Shown here piece by piece: positions 24,901 to 39,578 of a stretch of 50,261 bases of DNA. The stretch's first letter is position 1, and the number at the start of each line of letters is the position of its first letter. This stretch comes from Octopus bimaculoides (Eukaryota): the NCBI RefSeq assembly GCF_001194135.2, contig NC_068989.1:7329187-7379447 (forward strand), read 5' to 3'. The position numbers and the translations under genes are program-made. Under the pieces are notes generated by a model. It was not told the DNA's origin and ran no database searches. It saw only the letters and a list, made by a program, of their open reading frames with translations.

Positions 24901-24958
24901 GTGTGTGTGTATGTGTGTGTGTTTAATCACCCTTCATGTAGGTATAATCGGTGTATGA

Positions 24959-25156
<198 letters not shown>

Positions 25157-25991
25157 TAAAAATTCTAAAAGATTTTTGTTTTGTTTTTGTTCTTTTGTCA
25201 TATTTTATTTTTTTACTCCTAATTTCGACAGTACAGTCCCAGATAAACATGTATATGTTTTTTCTTCTTTTTTTATGATCAGTGTTGTAAAAGGTAAAGT
25301 TATCTTCTCAAGTCATGTTGACTCATAAGGGCCAGTTTCCCGGTTTCAATGGCATATATATATTCCCCACCTGGACGGGACACTGGTCCATCACAGCGTT
25401 ACTCATTTTTGCCAGCTGAGTGGACTGGAGCAACGTGAAATGAAGTGTCTTGCTCAAGAACACAATGTGTCACCCAGCTCATGATCATGAGGTCGTGAGT
25501 TCGATAGCGCATTGCGTTCTTGAGCAGCACACTTTATTTCATGTTGCACCAGTTCACTCAGCTGGCAAACATGAGTTGTGCCTGTAACTCAAAGGATCGG
25601 CCTTGTCATACTGTGTCACGCTGAATATCCCTAAGAACTACGTTAAGGGTACACGTGTCTGTGGAATGCTCAGCCACTTGCACGTTAATTTCACGAGCAG
25701 GCTGTTCCGTTGATCGGATCAACTGGAACCCTCGACNNNNNNNNNNCAGGCTGTTCCGTTGATCGGATCAACTGGAACCCTCGACGTCGTAAGCGACGGA
25801 GTGCCAACAACAACATGGTTGTCCCCTTTCACTCATAATGTCTTTCCTATATTACTCTCCAAGTTTTAATTTACACACATAAGACCAGTCCACGTAGAAA
25901 CATACAATATGATAGAAACGAATCCCTAAACCGAATCTATGAAGATGCGAACATGCTAAAGATAAAGTAAATATTCCATCTGATGTTTCAG

Positions 25992-26155
25992 CGGTGCTAT
26001 TTATTATGGTAAAGCTCGATACGGCCCTGGTACTGGACCCATCTGGATCGATGACTTGAAATGTTCCGGTAAAGAGCATTTCATTACAGACTGCAAATTC
26101 AATGATTGGGGCAAACACGATTGCAGCCATGCAGAAGATGCTGGTGTACTTTGTA
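25992..26155 (+). CDS. SRCR domain 13, B exon
   Basis: tttcag|C..TGTA|gtgagt, 164 nt; GAIYYGKARYGPGTGPIWIDDLKCSGKEHFITDCKFNDWGKHDCSHAEDAGVLC. Confidence 0.94.
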
Positions 26156-26915
26156 GTGAGTATCATTTCATTGGTATTATTGTTGATTTTTATTATTTGT
26201 GTTGTTGTTGTTGTTGTTGCTGTTGCTATTGTCCATCTTGTTCTTGTTCTTGTTAGTGTTAATTTGTTTAGTGCCAGCTCAATCCTTGATATATGATATC
26301 ACAAGGAGCTTCCAAATACTGATGCGTTAGCATTTCCAGTACAGCATGTCGTTTCCAAATTTCTGGCAGAGTGAATTGCATCATGGTTCTGTTTTTCTCA
26401 CAGACGTTGCCCAACTGATCCTACTATACTGTGTAGTCAGCAAAATCAAAAACAAACAGCGTGCATACATGAAATAGCAAATATAAAATAGCGACAGTTT
26501 ATCCATCGCACCCTGAATATATTCTAAATTAAATTTCCAGGTTGTCTCCCCTGACTTCCTTGGCCAGAATTAACCATAAAGCTATTTTTTCTTTCTTCAA
26601 TACGGTTGTAATTTGAATTATATATAAAATTGCTTGGCCCATTAAATGCAGTGTAATTACATAATTAACTCTGAATTTACTCTGCAATTAATTATTTTGA
26701 TAATGATTTATCTCTATTACATAAAACCTTGTAATTAATACACCAGCAAGGTCTCAGTTTGCACCATTGAGACAGATGTTATTTACTGTTGTTAGCTACT
26801 ACTATCAGATCTACCATTTAACATATTGAAGTGTTAAGTAATTAGATGTCTCTTGGTCCCACACCAGTTTGTTTACTCAATTGATGTTTTGCTCTGTGTA
26901 TTTTAGTATTGGGAA

Positions 26916-26950
<35 letters not shown>

Positions 26951-27021
26951 TGTGTGTATTGTAGTATCTCACAACCTAGTAAGAACTTCAGTTATTTTTT
27001 AATATAATCAATCTTTATAAG

Positions 27022-27846
<825 letters not shown>

Positions 27847-28344
27847 TAAGGATTTGGTTTCTTTATTTCTGTGACATGGAACAGGGATATTTAACGAAGC
27901 TTAATTATTAGTATATTCCTCTCTTCAAACCAATTAAAAGGTTTTCATTTATTTCAGGACCCCTTTGCAGATAAAATGTTTTTACAAAGGGTCAACTAGT
28001 TTTTACTTTGGAATCATGTATATCATCATCATCATCATTATCATTTAATATCCTTTTTCCATGCTGGCATGGGTTGGACGGTTTGACTGAAAACTGGTAA
28101 GCTGGGGAGTTGGACAAGATTCTGATCTGATTTGACAAAGTTTCTATGGCTGGATGTCCTTCCTAATGTCAACCACTCTGAAATTGTAGTGGATGTTTTT
28201 TTACGTGCCGCCAGCATGAGTGCCATTGACCTGACACTGGCATCGGCCATGACTAAGTCTCACTTGGCTTGTAAGATATATCTTGTGTGTTCATTTGACA
28301 GACGAAATACCGCTAACGTTTCTGCCAGCTCACCACCTTAAAAT

Positions 28345-28578
28345 TTATCTCTTTATTGCCCACAAGGGGCTAAACATAAAGGGGACACACAAGGACAGAC
28401 AAAGGGATTAAGTCGATTAGACCGACCCCAGTTCATAACTGGTATGTATTTAATCGACCCCAAAAGGATGAAAGGCAAAGTCGACCTCAGCAGAATTTGA
28501 ACTCAAAACATAAAGACAGACGAAATACTGCTAAGCATTTCACCCGGTGCACTAACAATTCTACCAGCTCGCTACCTT
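28345..28578 (-). mobile_element. SINE family A, full length
   Basis: Reverse complement of the 27253 copy. Confidence 0.82.
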
Positions 28579-28815
28579 ATAATGGTTTCTAGCTATGACA
28601 TAGCACTGCTTTTTGTCTATATTGTTGCAATTTGTCACTGATATTGAAACAAAAGGATGTAAATTGTAATGCTTCCTGCTATCTATATCATTGCTATTGT
28701 TGTTGCTGGTGGTGGTGGTGGTGTTGTCGTTTCTCTTCTTGTTGTTGGTGGTGGTGGTGTCGTATCTATTGTTGTTGTCTTTCATTTGTTGTTTATGTGT
28801 ATCTATTTACTGTAG

Positions 28816-28979
28816 CGGTGGTGTAGCATACAAAGCAGCCAAATATGGAGCAGGCAAAGGTCGTATCTGGTTGTCAGACGTTGAATGTATCGGGGATGAA
28901 AAATCCCTCGCTGAATGCAAGAAAAATCCCTGGGGTCTGAACCACTGCAAACACGATAAAGACGCAGCTGTTGAATGCA
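28816..28979 (+). CDS. SRCR domain 14, B exon
   Basis: ctgtag|C..TGCA|gtaagt, 164 nt; GGVAYKAAKYGAGKGRIWLSDVECIGDEKSLAECKKNPWGLNHCKHDKDAAVEC. Confidence 0.94.
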
Positions 28980-29572
28980 GTAAGTACACTGTTATCATCC
29001 TCACAGAGTATTTTCTGTGTTATTGCATCAACATCATCATCATCCTCATCATCACCTTCATCATCATCATCGTCATCTTCATAATCTTCGTAATCATCAG
29101 CTTGAATACCGTTTTAAGATGGAATTTGGGTCATACACTACAATAAGATCATCATCATCATAATCGTCATCATCATCATCATTATCATCATCATCATCCA
29201 CTTCCTCTCTTCTTTTCCTCCTCTCCCTACTACTCTTCCTTCCCTTCTTGCTCTCTTATTCCCCTCCTCTTCTCCTTCCTACTCCTCTTCCTCTTCTCCT
29301 ACCTACTCTTCCCCACTTCATCTTTTCACCTCACGTAACACAGATAATTAATGAACTTCAGAAAGGCACTGGATAGATAGAAGCATTACAGCGACATCAT
29401 TTTCATCCCATTCCAGCCTCGCTTCATCTCTCCTTGTAGACTTACAACATTCTACCCAAAGTTAAACCCACAGAAAACCTCCTTAATAAGGCGATTGGGC
29501 ACCGTTATTTGAATGCTGATCATTTGATACAGCTGACTGAACATTTTGGTAACAGCACATTTTGGCACTGAA

Positions 29573-29661
<89 letters not shown>

Positions 29662-30876
29662 GCGCAAGTGTAGCTGTGAGGTAAGAAGTTTGCTTCCTAG
29701 CCACATGGTTCCGGGTTCAGTTCCACTGTGTGACACTTTGGGCAAGTGTCTTTCCCACCAGCCACGGAATGGTCAAATGCCTTGTGATAGAAACTGAATG
29801 AAGCCGGTTGAATATATACATCTATGTGTGTGTTAGTGTGCATGCGTGTGTTGGTGTGTATGCGTGTGTCTTTGTGTCACTGTTTGTCCCCCACCACCGA
29901 TTGACAATCGGTGTTGGTGAGTTTATGCCCCTATAACTCAGCGGTTTGGCAAAAATGACTGATAGAATAAGTGCCACACTTAAAAGAAATAAATACAGGA
30001 GTTGATTTGTTCGACTAAGATTCTTCTAGGTGGTGCCCCAGTATGGCTACGGTCTAATGACTGAAACAAGTAAAAGATATAAAAAAAAAACACTTGCCCA
30101 GAAATATACACATATAGACAGAAAGAATGAGGGAGAGGAGGAAAAGAAGACAGAGACATAACAATTTATAAATTGAACACGACTGACATAAATACATATA
30201 TATATGTACATACCGACATCTATATGTATACATACGTGCATATATGGGTACAGGACATCACAAAAAATGTTAAACACAATGAGAAAGGAAAACATAAAAA
30301 CGAGGACAGAAAACAAACTTTTTTTCGAACAACGAAAAGAACAAACAGAGAAATGAGACATGTAACATAAAGAATATTACCCTTCTTCAGTTGTCCCTGT
30401 TCCATCTACTCCGCGTTTCGAAGGTAAGGACAATACGCGACTTCGTTGGAGCAGTCCTTCCCGTAAGCAAATTAATTAAAATTTGGAATTTTTTGCGGTG
30501 GGTGAAAGTGTAAACAAGAACAGGACAGTGAGAACAAGACAGTAAAACACAATAAAAACAAGACAGAACAGTGAAAACAAACGGTAAGGGCTGTTAGGCC
30601 AAGACGATAGAAAAATAAACACATAACACATAAACACATAAACCCTTTCCCTCTCCTCAAACACATAAAAAGAAATATGCTCACACACATAAACAGAGAA
30701 GGAGAGGAAAGCAGAGAACAAGAGAAACATTAAAATAGAAAAAGCAGTAGAAGCTGTCAAATAAGTCAGCATCAAATCATCAGTGCCAGAACAATTCAAC
30801 CCATAACGTCCCGTGCCCAGAAATCTCAACCTAGCCAACTAAATACTCTTCTTCCTTTCTTTCTGTTTCTCTCAAG

Positions 30877-31015
30877 GTCGGTTAAGGTTAACAGGAGGAA
30901 AGAACGATGTCAGTGGTAATGTAGAGATTAGCTTCAACAACCGCTGGGGTTCAATTTGTGATAACGGCTGGACAGACAAAGAGGCACATGTTGTCTGTAA
31001 AATGCTTGGATATAC
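30877..31015 (+). CDS. SRCR domain 15, A exon
   Basis: ctcaag|GT..TATAC|gtaagt, 139 nt; RLRLTGGKNDVSGNVEISFNNRWGSICDNGWTDKEAHVVCKMLGY. Confidence 0.9.
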
Positions 31016-31598
31016 GTAAGTACATATACACGTGTATGTATGTATGTAATGTGAAGATGCTTGAGAGGAGTGGCAGTAGAAGTATAGAGTCAATGATTTT
31101 GCAAAGTTGTTTGAGGTGGGGGGGTACATTTGGTAAGGATGAGTGATGAGCGACTGCCCAAGCAGCTATTGTATGGTGAGCTGGAAGATGGCATTATAAA
31201 AGGCTAAGGGAATAAACCCCAACAGAAAATCCAGAAGGAGGAACCCTAAGGCAGACATAACCAATATTTGGTATCCCCTGCTGCCCTGTGGATGCTGCAA
31301 GCATGTTGACTCGATCTCTCGTAAAGGCTTGTGGTACATAAAAGCACACATAATTATATCATTGACATGAAAATCATCAGCTATGGCCACTGGGACTGCC
31401 AGATCACTGCATCAACCCTAGTACTTGACTGGTACTTTATTTTATCAACCTCGTAAGGATGAAAGGTACAGTTGACCGTGGCAGGATTTGAACTCAGAAT
31501 GTAAATCACTGCTAAATATTTTGTCCAACATGCTCAGTTTGTCACCTTATATATCTTTTATGCTAACATTTGTTTAAACGTGTATATTTTTTTGACAG

Positions 31599-31762
31599 AG
31601 ATGGTGTTGCTTTCCTCAATTCCAACTTTGGCCAAATCTTCCATAAAGTATGGTTAGATAATGTCAAGTGTACCGGACATGAAATATCACTAACTCAATG
31701 TCGTAAAAGTAATTGGGGTGATACTCACTGCTCGAGTTCAAATGCAGCCGGCGTGCAGTGTG
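31599..31762 (+). CDS. SRCR domain 15, B exon
   Basis: tgacag|A..TGTG|gtaagt, 164 nt; DGVAFLNSNFGQIFHKVWLDNVKCTGHEISLTQCRKSNWGDTHCSSSNAAGVQC. Confidence 0.93.
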
Positions 31763-33408
31763 GTAAGTATAACCCTTCCTTTTCAAGAACTGGATCTCAA
31801 AGCATTCATAAAGCTATTAATAAAAGTATGTAAATATTAGGTTGAAAAATCAATTTTGCGATTGAAAATGTTGAAGGTTGTCTCAAGAACGCAAACTCGA
31901 TCTCCTGTAGACACAACAGGTATTCTATCTCCAATATTTTCCATCCAAACGAGATTTTCAACCCAATATTTAAATATTATTTACAGATATATGTATGCTT
32001 CAAGATTCACTTGTTTTAAAGCAGAATTATTTTATGTTCTCTCAAAAGTTTATAAATTCTCATGACATCAAGTACGGTACTGTATTTCCCAGCATACAAG
32101 TCAATGTCATACATCGTGTAAACATGTAATGAAAACATTGAAACATTATCATTATCTTCACAAATCCTGTTGCATTTCACATGCAATTTGTGGTCCTCCA
32201 AAGCCATCTTGGTGTGGATGTCGACCTACCTTTTTGGTGGGGCTGTAAATTTTGGTCAAAAAAATTGTATGCCGGTAAAAATACTAATTATTTCAGGTCA
32301 AGTACAGAAATATTTACATAATTACATAATTTATAATTTCATATAAGGCATGTTTATGTAGTCAATGGGTGCAGTAATGACCGTGCGGATAATTTATTTA
32401 CTTCACAACTATGCAGTTTCTGAACTAATACTTTGGCATGACACACTGGACAGAGTCACAGAGTCTATACTACTAATACTACTACAGCATTAGATTGACC
32501 AATTCCAAGTGGAATTTAGTGAGGAAAGGCTAACGTACATCTCTCCACCGAAGGGTTACCCAACTTACAGAGTCTTCGCTCGATACAATGCTCCTATAGC
32601 TGGGATATCCCAGAAACAGTTTTCAGAGACTATCTTTTACCATTCGTTATGTTGCTAAATTTCAAAATGAATGAAATCAAATCAAATGACCTTGTCCTTT
32701 TCTAACTGTTTGCCTTTCCTCACTACTTTAACCTACACATACTGACTCAAAGGGATGCCACCTTCAGCCGTTTTTGAACAAGAAAATCACACAACCACAA
32801 CTTCAATCGCTGTTCTATCTAAAATTTTGGTGGCACACTTATTTGAACACTCAGAATGCATACCTACTAGTTTGTGTTATCCTGATGAAAACTGCTCATA
32901 TCCTCAATGTATGTATATATATATATATATGCGTGTGTGTGTATATACACACATATCATCCTCCTCCTCATCATCGTTTAACATCCGCTTTCCATGCTAG
33001 CATGGGTTGGACGATTTGACTGAGGACTGACAAACCAGATGGCTGCGCCAAGCTCCAATCTGATCTGACAGAGTTTCTACAGCTAGATGCCCTTCCTAAT
33101 GCCAACCACTCCAAGAGTGTAGTGGGTGCCTTTATGTGTCACCGGCACAAGGTACTGGCAACGGCCACGCTCAAGTGGTGTTTTTTACGTGCCACCTGCA
33201 GAGGAGCCATTCCAGCTGGACTGGCAACGACCTCACTCAAATGTTTTTTCACGTGCCACTGGCACAAGTGCCAGGCGACAGTGGTATATATATATCCCCT
33301 TTATGTTTAGCCCCCTATGGGCAATAAAGACATATATAATATTTTATTTATTTTTGCTTCTTCTCCAATGTTATACGTCTGTGAAATAATATCTTATTTT
33401 GTCTAAAG

Positions 33409-33553
33409 GTTATCTACAAGGGAGACTGATCGGAGGTAAAACCCCACGTGAAGGCCGCATTGAGTTCAACTATGCCGGTATTTGGGGAACAGTTTGTAAT
33501 ACCAACTGGGACCAATATGATGCCCATGTTGCCTGTCGAATGTTGGGATTTAG
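33409..33553 (+). CDS. SRCR domain 16, A exon
   Basis: ctaaag|GT..TTTAG|gtaagt, 145 nt; YLQGRLIGGKTPREGRIEFNYAGIWGTVCNTNWDQYDAHVACRMLGF. Confidence 0.92.
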
Positions 33554-34973
33554 GTAAGTATGACATATTACTAATATGTTAATCATTATGAAGACAGAAC
33601 ATAGCAGATAGTGAAGACAGTACACCATGTTTGAGAATATTGGGTTGGTTTTATAGGACTAATCACATTGGCTGTTTCATAATTAAGTAAATTAATAATT
33701 TTAACTACCGAATGTGCTTAATGAGGCTTTAAACCATGACAAGGTGGGAATAGACATCAAGAGGGGAGGAAGAAAATGTGTAGAGAAAGAATTTAGTGAT
33801 ATTAATATTTATAAGTTATAAGTCACCAATATCAGCCATGACTACGATTTCACTTGGCTTGATGGATCTTCTCAAGCACAACATATTGCCAAAGGTCTCA
33901 GTCACTAGTCATTGCCTCTGTGAGGCCCAAAGTTTAAAGATTATGCTTCACCACCTCATCCCATGTCTTCTTGGGACCACCTCTACCACAGGTTCCCTCC
34001 ACAGTTGGAGATCAATGCTTCTTTACACAGCTGTCCTTGTCCATGCAGGGCATCACATGACCATACCAGCACAGTTGTCTCCGTTGCACACCACATCTGA
34101 TGCCTGCATTGTAAAGCAGCAAGCTGGTAGAATCATTAACACACCGGCAAAACGCTTGCCAGCATTTCTTCAGTCTTATCATGTTCTGAGTTCAAATACT
34201 GCCAAGGTCAATTTTGCCTTTCATCCTTTTGAGATCAATAAAATAAAGTACCAGTTAAGTACAGGGGTCGATCCTCTTCCTCATCATCATCATCACTTAA
34301 CGTCTGTTGTCCATGCTGGCATGGGTTGGACGGTTTGACTGGGCTGGCATGTTGGAAGGTTGCACCAGACTCCAGTCTGATTTGACATGCTCTTCCTAAT
34401 GCCAGCCACTCCAAGAGTGTAATGAGTACTTTTATGTTCCATCGGCATGGGTGCCATTTGCATGACACTGGTATATGCCATGATTGCGATCTTGCTTGGC
34501 TTGATGGGTCTTCTTCTCAAGCACCACATAATGCTAAAGGTCTTGGTCATTGCCTCTGTGAGGCCCAACTGTCAAAAGGAACTCAACCACCTCACCTCAA
34601 TGAGGCCCAATGCTCGAAAGGCACTCAACTACTATGCCTCCATGAGGCCCAACGTTCAAAGGTTGATTTTTTTTTTTACGTGCCACCAGCATCGTTGTAC
34701 TTGGCTAGACAGGTCCTCTTAAGCAGAGCAGATCACCAAAGGTCTCGGTCACAAGTCATTGCCTTCGTAAGGTTCAAAGTTCGAAGGTCATGCTTCACCA
34801 CTTTAATGTAATTGTTTAATACCTTACCCCAAAAATTGCTGGCCTTGTGCCAAAACTAGAAAAGGATGTAAGTTATACTGATGAATCAACAATGTCTTGT
34901 TCCTCCGGCAAATATCTCTATAAATGACCAAATAATTACTATTTCTTATACACATCCTTTTAATATATTTCAG

Positions 34974-35137
34974 CACTGGTCAAGCAATTACTGATGGTCG
35001 TTTTGGTCCAGGGTCTGGTTGGATTTGGTTAGAAAATGTCAATTGTACCGGAAGCGAATCATCAATAACGTTATGCAATAAAAGTGATTGGAAATCAACA
35101 AATTGTGACCATTCCAGAGATGCTGGACTCATATGCG
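34974..35137 (+). CDS. SRCR domain 16, B exon
   Basis: tttcag|C..TGCG|gtaagt, 164 nt; TGQAITDGRFGPGSGWIWLENVNCTGSESSITLCNKSDWKSTNCDHSRDAGLIC. Confidence 0.94.
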
Positions 35138-35748
35138 GTAAGTTATATTTGTGGTATTTGCACTCTTTTTGCCCAGGGTTTAAAATTTTCTTTTTAGCTG
35201 TTTTAAATTGGGGAGCATCATATGGAAGGAAGAAGTAAGCTTCTAAGTTTGTGCTCATATTTTGATTCCTAGATGTAGTAATTTCACTTCATTGATCTTA
35301 CTTCCACTCTCAAGATATTCCTCATATATATATATATATATATATATATANNNNNNNNNNNNNNNNNNNNNNNNNNNNNNNNNNNNNNNNNNNNNNNNNN
35401 NNNNNNNNNNNNNNNNNNNNNNNNNNNNNNNNNNNNNNNNNNNNNNNNNNNNNNNNNNNNNNNNNNNNNNNNNNNNNNNNNNNNNNNNNNNNNNNNNNNN
35501 NNNNNNNNNNNNNNNNNNNNNNNNNNNNNNNNNNNNNNNNNNNNNNNNNNNNNNNNNNNNNNNNNNNNNNNNNNNNNNNNNNNNNNNNNNNNNNNNNNNN
35601 NNNNNNNNNNNNNNNNNNNNNNNNNNNNNNNNNNNNNNNNNNNNNNNNNNNNNNNNNNNNNNNNNNNNNNNNNNNNNNNNNNNNNNNNNNNNNNNNNNNN
35701 NNNNNNNNNNNNNNNNNNNNNNNNNNNNNNNNNNNNNNNNNNNNNNNN

Positions 35749-36100
35749 TCCAGTTGATCCGATCAACGGAACAGCCTACTCGTGAAATTAACGTGCAAGT
35801 GGCTGTGCACTCCACAGACATGCGTACCGTTAACGTAGTTCTCGGGGAGATTCAACGTCGCACAGAGTATGACAAGGCTGGCCCTTTGAATTACAGGTAC
35901 AACAGAAACAGGAAGTAAGAGTGAGAGAAAGTTGTGGTGAAAGAGTACAGTAAGAGTTTGCCACCATCCCTTGTGGGAGCCTCGTGGAGCTTTAGGTGTT
36001 TTCGTTCAATAAACACTCACAACGCCCGGTCTGGGAATCGAGACCGCGATCCTGTGACCGCGAGTCCGCTGCCCTAACCACTGGGCCATTGCGCCTCCAC
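35749..36100 (-). mobile_element. SINE family C
   Basis: Reverse complement of the 6542-6925 copy; 3' end runs into the gap. Confidence 0.85.
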
Positions 36101-36391
36101 TGGAACAGTGATTATGCATATAAGAAAAAATAAACATTAGTCAAAGCAATTTGTTAGCGTTTTATGGCTTTTATAATTATTTATGTTATATAATATTATG
36201 TCATGTTATATATTATATTCATAGTATTTAGTGTAATATTATAATATAAATGAATTATTGGATTGTCAAACTTTGAGAGCATTATTATTGTTGTTGCTGG
36301 TGTTGCTGTTGCTGTCGTTATCGTTATATTACTCATTTATTGTTAAACGTTTCATCTGTCTTAAAAGATTCAATTTGTATTTTCGTTGCAG

Positions 36392-36405
36392 AATACACTG
36401 TTTGA
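36392..36405 (+). CDS. Probable terminal coding exon of the SRCR gene, (E)YTV-stop
   Basis: Strong acceptor tttgtattttcgttgcag|AATACACTGTTTGA continues phase 1 from domain 16 B to TGA; AATAAA follows ~115 nt later. Gap 35351-35748 could hide other exons. Confidence 0.55.
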
Positions 36406-36520
36406 TTGATTTATCTCCCCCTACTTCCTGCACTGACTAATTGCTCTGAACATTGGGTTATCAGCCAGCAATTGCGAACATTCACGAAACTTCAAGCTTG
36501 TAATCAATAACATTTATAGA

Positions 36521-36526
36521 AATAAA
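36521..36526 (+). terminator. Candidate poly(A) signal of the SRCR gene
   Basis: AATAAA downstream of the putative stop; inference only. Confidence 0.4.
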
Positions 36527-37025
36527 GATAAATACAGAAAACAATTGAAAGTGTAAAATTTAAATACTTATATACTTTTCGTGTGTGTGTGTGTGTGTGT
36601 ATATAAATATATATATATGTATGTATATGTGTGTGTGTGTTTGCATGTGTGTGTGTGTGTGTGTGTGTGTGAGTCTGTGTGTGCACACATATATATATAT
36701 ATATACGACCCTCCATGTTTGTTATTGTTTGGTTTTCTTGTATGTCTCCACTGTCCTGTTTTTGTTCCCAACTTTGACCCTCCATAAATCCCAAATTTTA
36801 TTTTAGTATTTGTGGGAGCAACTGCCTGCGAAGACACATACTGTCGTTTAATGTTCGAAATGAGAAGTATATAGACAGCCAACAACTGATGAAGGGTCGT
36901 TCTTTATGTTACTTGTCCTATTTTCCATTTCTTTCTCTCGTTATTTGCGTATTCAACTCATTTGTTTCCATAGTTCATGTTGTCTACTGTTTGACATGCT
37001 GTACTCATGTATGCATATATATATA

Positions 37026-37071
<46 letters not shown>

Positions 37072-38429
37072 ATTATTATTTGATTGAATGCCATGCATCT
37101 ATTTCCAAGTAAGTTTATATATATATATATATGTATGTATGTATGCATGTATGTATGTATGTATGTATGTATGTATGTATGTATGTATATATGTACATAC
37201 GTACGTACGTATGTATGTATGTACGTACGTATGTATGTATGTATGTATGTATGTATTCAATTTGATTGTGGTCAAGAACAAATGTTGGTTTCTTGAATCA
37301 CTTGCTATTTACATGTATTTAGATATACATATGAGCATAAAAAATTAATGTGTCTGTGTACATGTGCGTAGGTGTGTGACTGTATGTATGTGTGTATATA
37401 TATGTGTGTGTGTGTGCGTGTGTAGAGACTCATACGTGTGTGTGTGCGTATTGGTTACTCTTGAGTGCTACTGGTAACATGTAACCAGTGCAACCGGTTT
37501 CATGGTCAGGTCATTGGCAACTAAACCAACAGCACCACTCAGCCTGTTTGGCAAGAAAGAAGACTTTTAGACAAACTGCAGGATGAAAAGCAAGACCCAT
37601 TGAAGAGCAGATGAATTCGGAAGAATGAACAGCTATCTAATTACATGGTGTGTGTGTGTGCGTGTGTATGCACAAGGAATTAGAAATTTATTATTTGATA
37701 CCTAAGTGCACATTTAGCCTATAAATAGATACATAGATAGATAGATAGATACATAGACAGAGCAACAGACAGACAGACAGATAGATAGATAGATAGATAG
37801 ACAGATAAAGGGGTTAAGTCGATTACATTGACCTCAGTGCATAGGCAGAATAGTTAAGGGAGGTTCATTTTCCATAGGGCTTCCATACAGTTTCTATCTA
37901 CCAAATTCACTCACAAGATAATTGGTCCACTTGAGGCTACAAAAAACACTTGCCCAAGGTGGCACATAACAGAACTGAACCTGAAAGCATGTGATTGCAA
38001 AGTGAGATTCTTAACTCCGCGGTCACTCACCCATTCATAAATTCACGACAATAAATTCACGTCAATATGAGAAATCAACAAATGATCTCCAGTAATCATT
38101 ATTTTTTAAAGATTTTTGTTAGAAATTGTAAAATATATTTAATTCTTAAAAAAGTTACAAAATAAGAATAAAACCTCTTTGTTGGTTTTATAATGCATCC
38201 AGTGCTTTCTGTACAATGGTTGGCAATGGAGATGGTGAGATCCACAGAAACCAAGCCAAATGGCGAATATGAAGAGCAGTGAGTCCGGTTTAAGAAATGA
38301 CTCAGAGTTTGATGACTCGTCCAACCCATGCCAGCATGAAAATCAAAACATAAAGTGATTATGATGATGATGATGATGATGTCTGAGTGAAAATCTATGT
38401 GTATGTGTGTGTGTTTGTGTGTGTATGTA

Positions 38430-38474
<45 letters not shown>

Positions 38475-39205
38475 NNNNNNNNNNNNNNNNNNNNNNNNNN
38501 NNNNNNNNNNNNNNNNNNNNNNNNNNNNNNNNNNNNNNNNNNNNNNNNNNNNNNNNNNNNNNNNNNNNNNNNNNNNNNNNNNNNNNNNNNNNNNNNNNNN
38601 NNNNNNNNNNNNNNNNNNNNNNNNNNNNNNNNNNNNNNNNNNNNNNNNNNNNNNNNNNNNNNNNNNNNNNNNNNNNNNNNNNNNNNNNNNNNNNNNNNNN
38701 NNNNNNNNNNNNNNNNNNNNNNNNNNNNNNNNNNNNNNNNNNNNNNNNNNNNNNNNNNNNNNNNNNNNNNNNNNNNNNNNNNNNNNNNNNNNNNNNNNNN
38801 NNNNNNNNNNNNNNNNNNNNNNNNNNNNNNNNNNNNNNNNNNNNNNNNNNNNNNNNNNNNNNNNNNNNNNNNNNNNNNNNNNNNNNNNNNNNNNNNNNNN
38901 NNNNNNNNNNNNNNNNNNNNNNNNNNNNNNNNNNNNNNNNNNNNNNNNNNNTATATATGTATATATCATCATCATCATCATCATCGTTTAACGTCCGCTT
39001 TCCATGCTAGCATGGGTTGGACGATTTGACTGAGGACTGGTGAAACCGGATGGCAACACCAGGCTCCAGTCTGATTTGGCAGAGTTTCTACAGCTGGATG
39101 CCCTTCCTAACGCCAACCACTCATATATGTACATATGTATGTAAGTATGTATGTATGTATGTATGTATATGTGTGTGGTGAGTGTAATGTATGTGATTGT
39201 TCAGT

Positions 39206-39211
39206 TTTATT
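39206..39211 (-). terminator. Candidate poly(A) signal of the PTP gene
   Basis: AATAAA on the minus strand ~370 nt after the stop; inference only. Confidence 0.35.
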
Positions 39212-39578
39212 TCAAGATCTCTTGTCAACAGAGAAAGAGCTGGTTTCTAATCTAGCTCCGAGGCTTCTTCTTTGGAATTTCATCGTGAACAGGATATTTG
39301 TCAAAGTTTGTGTGTATAGTTGTGCATATCCATGTAGCTACATATGTAGACTCGGATGTATATACTCAGATACTAACCGTCTGGAAAGTTTTACAAATTT
39401 TTGCAGTTCCATTGATGGCTTGAATGTGTGTATATATGTGTATAAGTACGTTATGCAAACAATGATGAAAGATCAATAATGTCAGTTTTCTCTCTTGATG
39501 GTAGTAACCAACAATGATACTGAAGTGGTTCCAAAGTCTTTCAAGATATGACCGTAAGGTGGGGGAGGAGACAGTCCC

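Noticed and set aside
25697-25790. Duplicated SINE tail across a 10-N gap
   Set aside because: Same assembly-overlap artefact
30370-30480. Hammerhead-ribozyme-like motifs (cgaaac..ctgaaga) on the minus strand, possibly a PLE terminus
   Set aside because: The stems could not be closed in a canonical topology; needs an Infernal search
32100-32660. Short open frames in the intron after B15
   Set aside because: No recognisable family and no convincing splice pair
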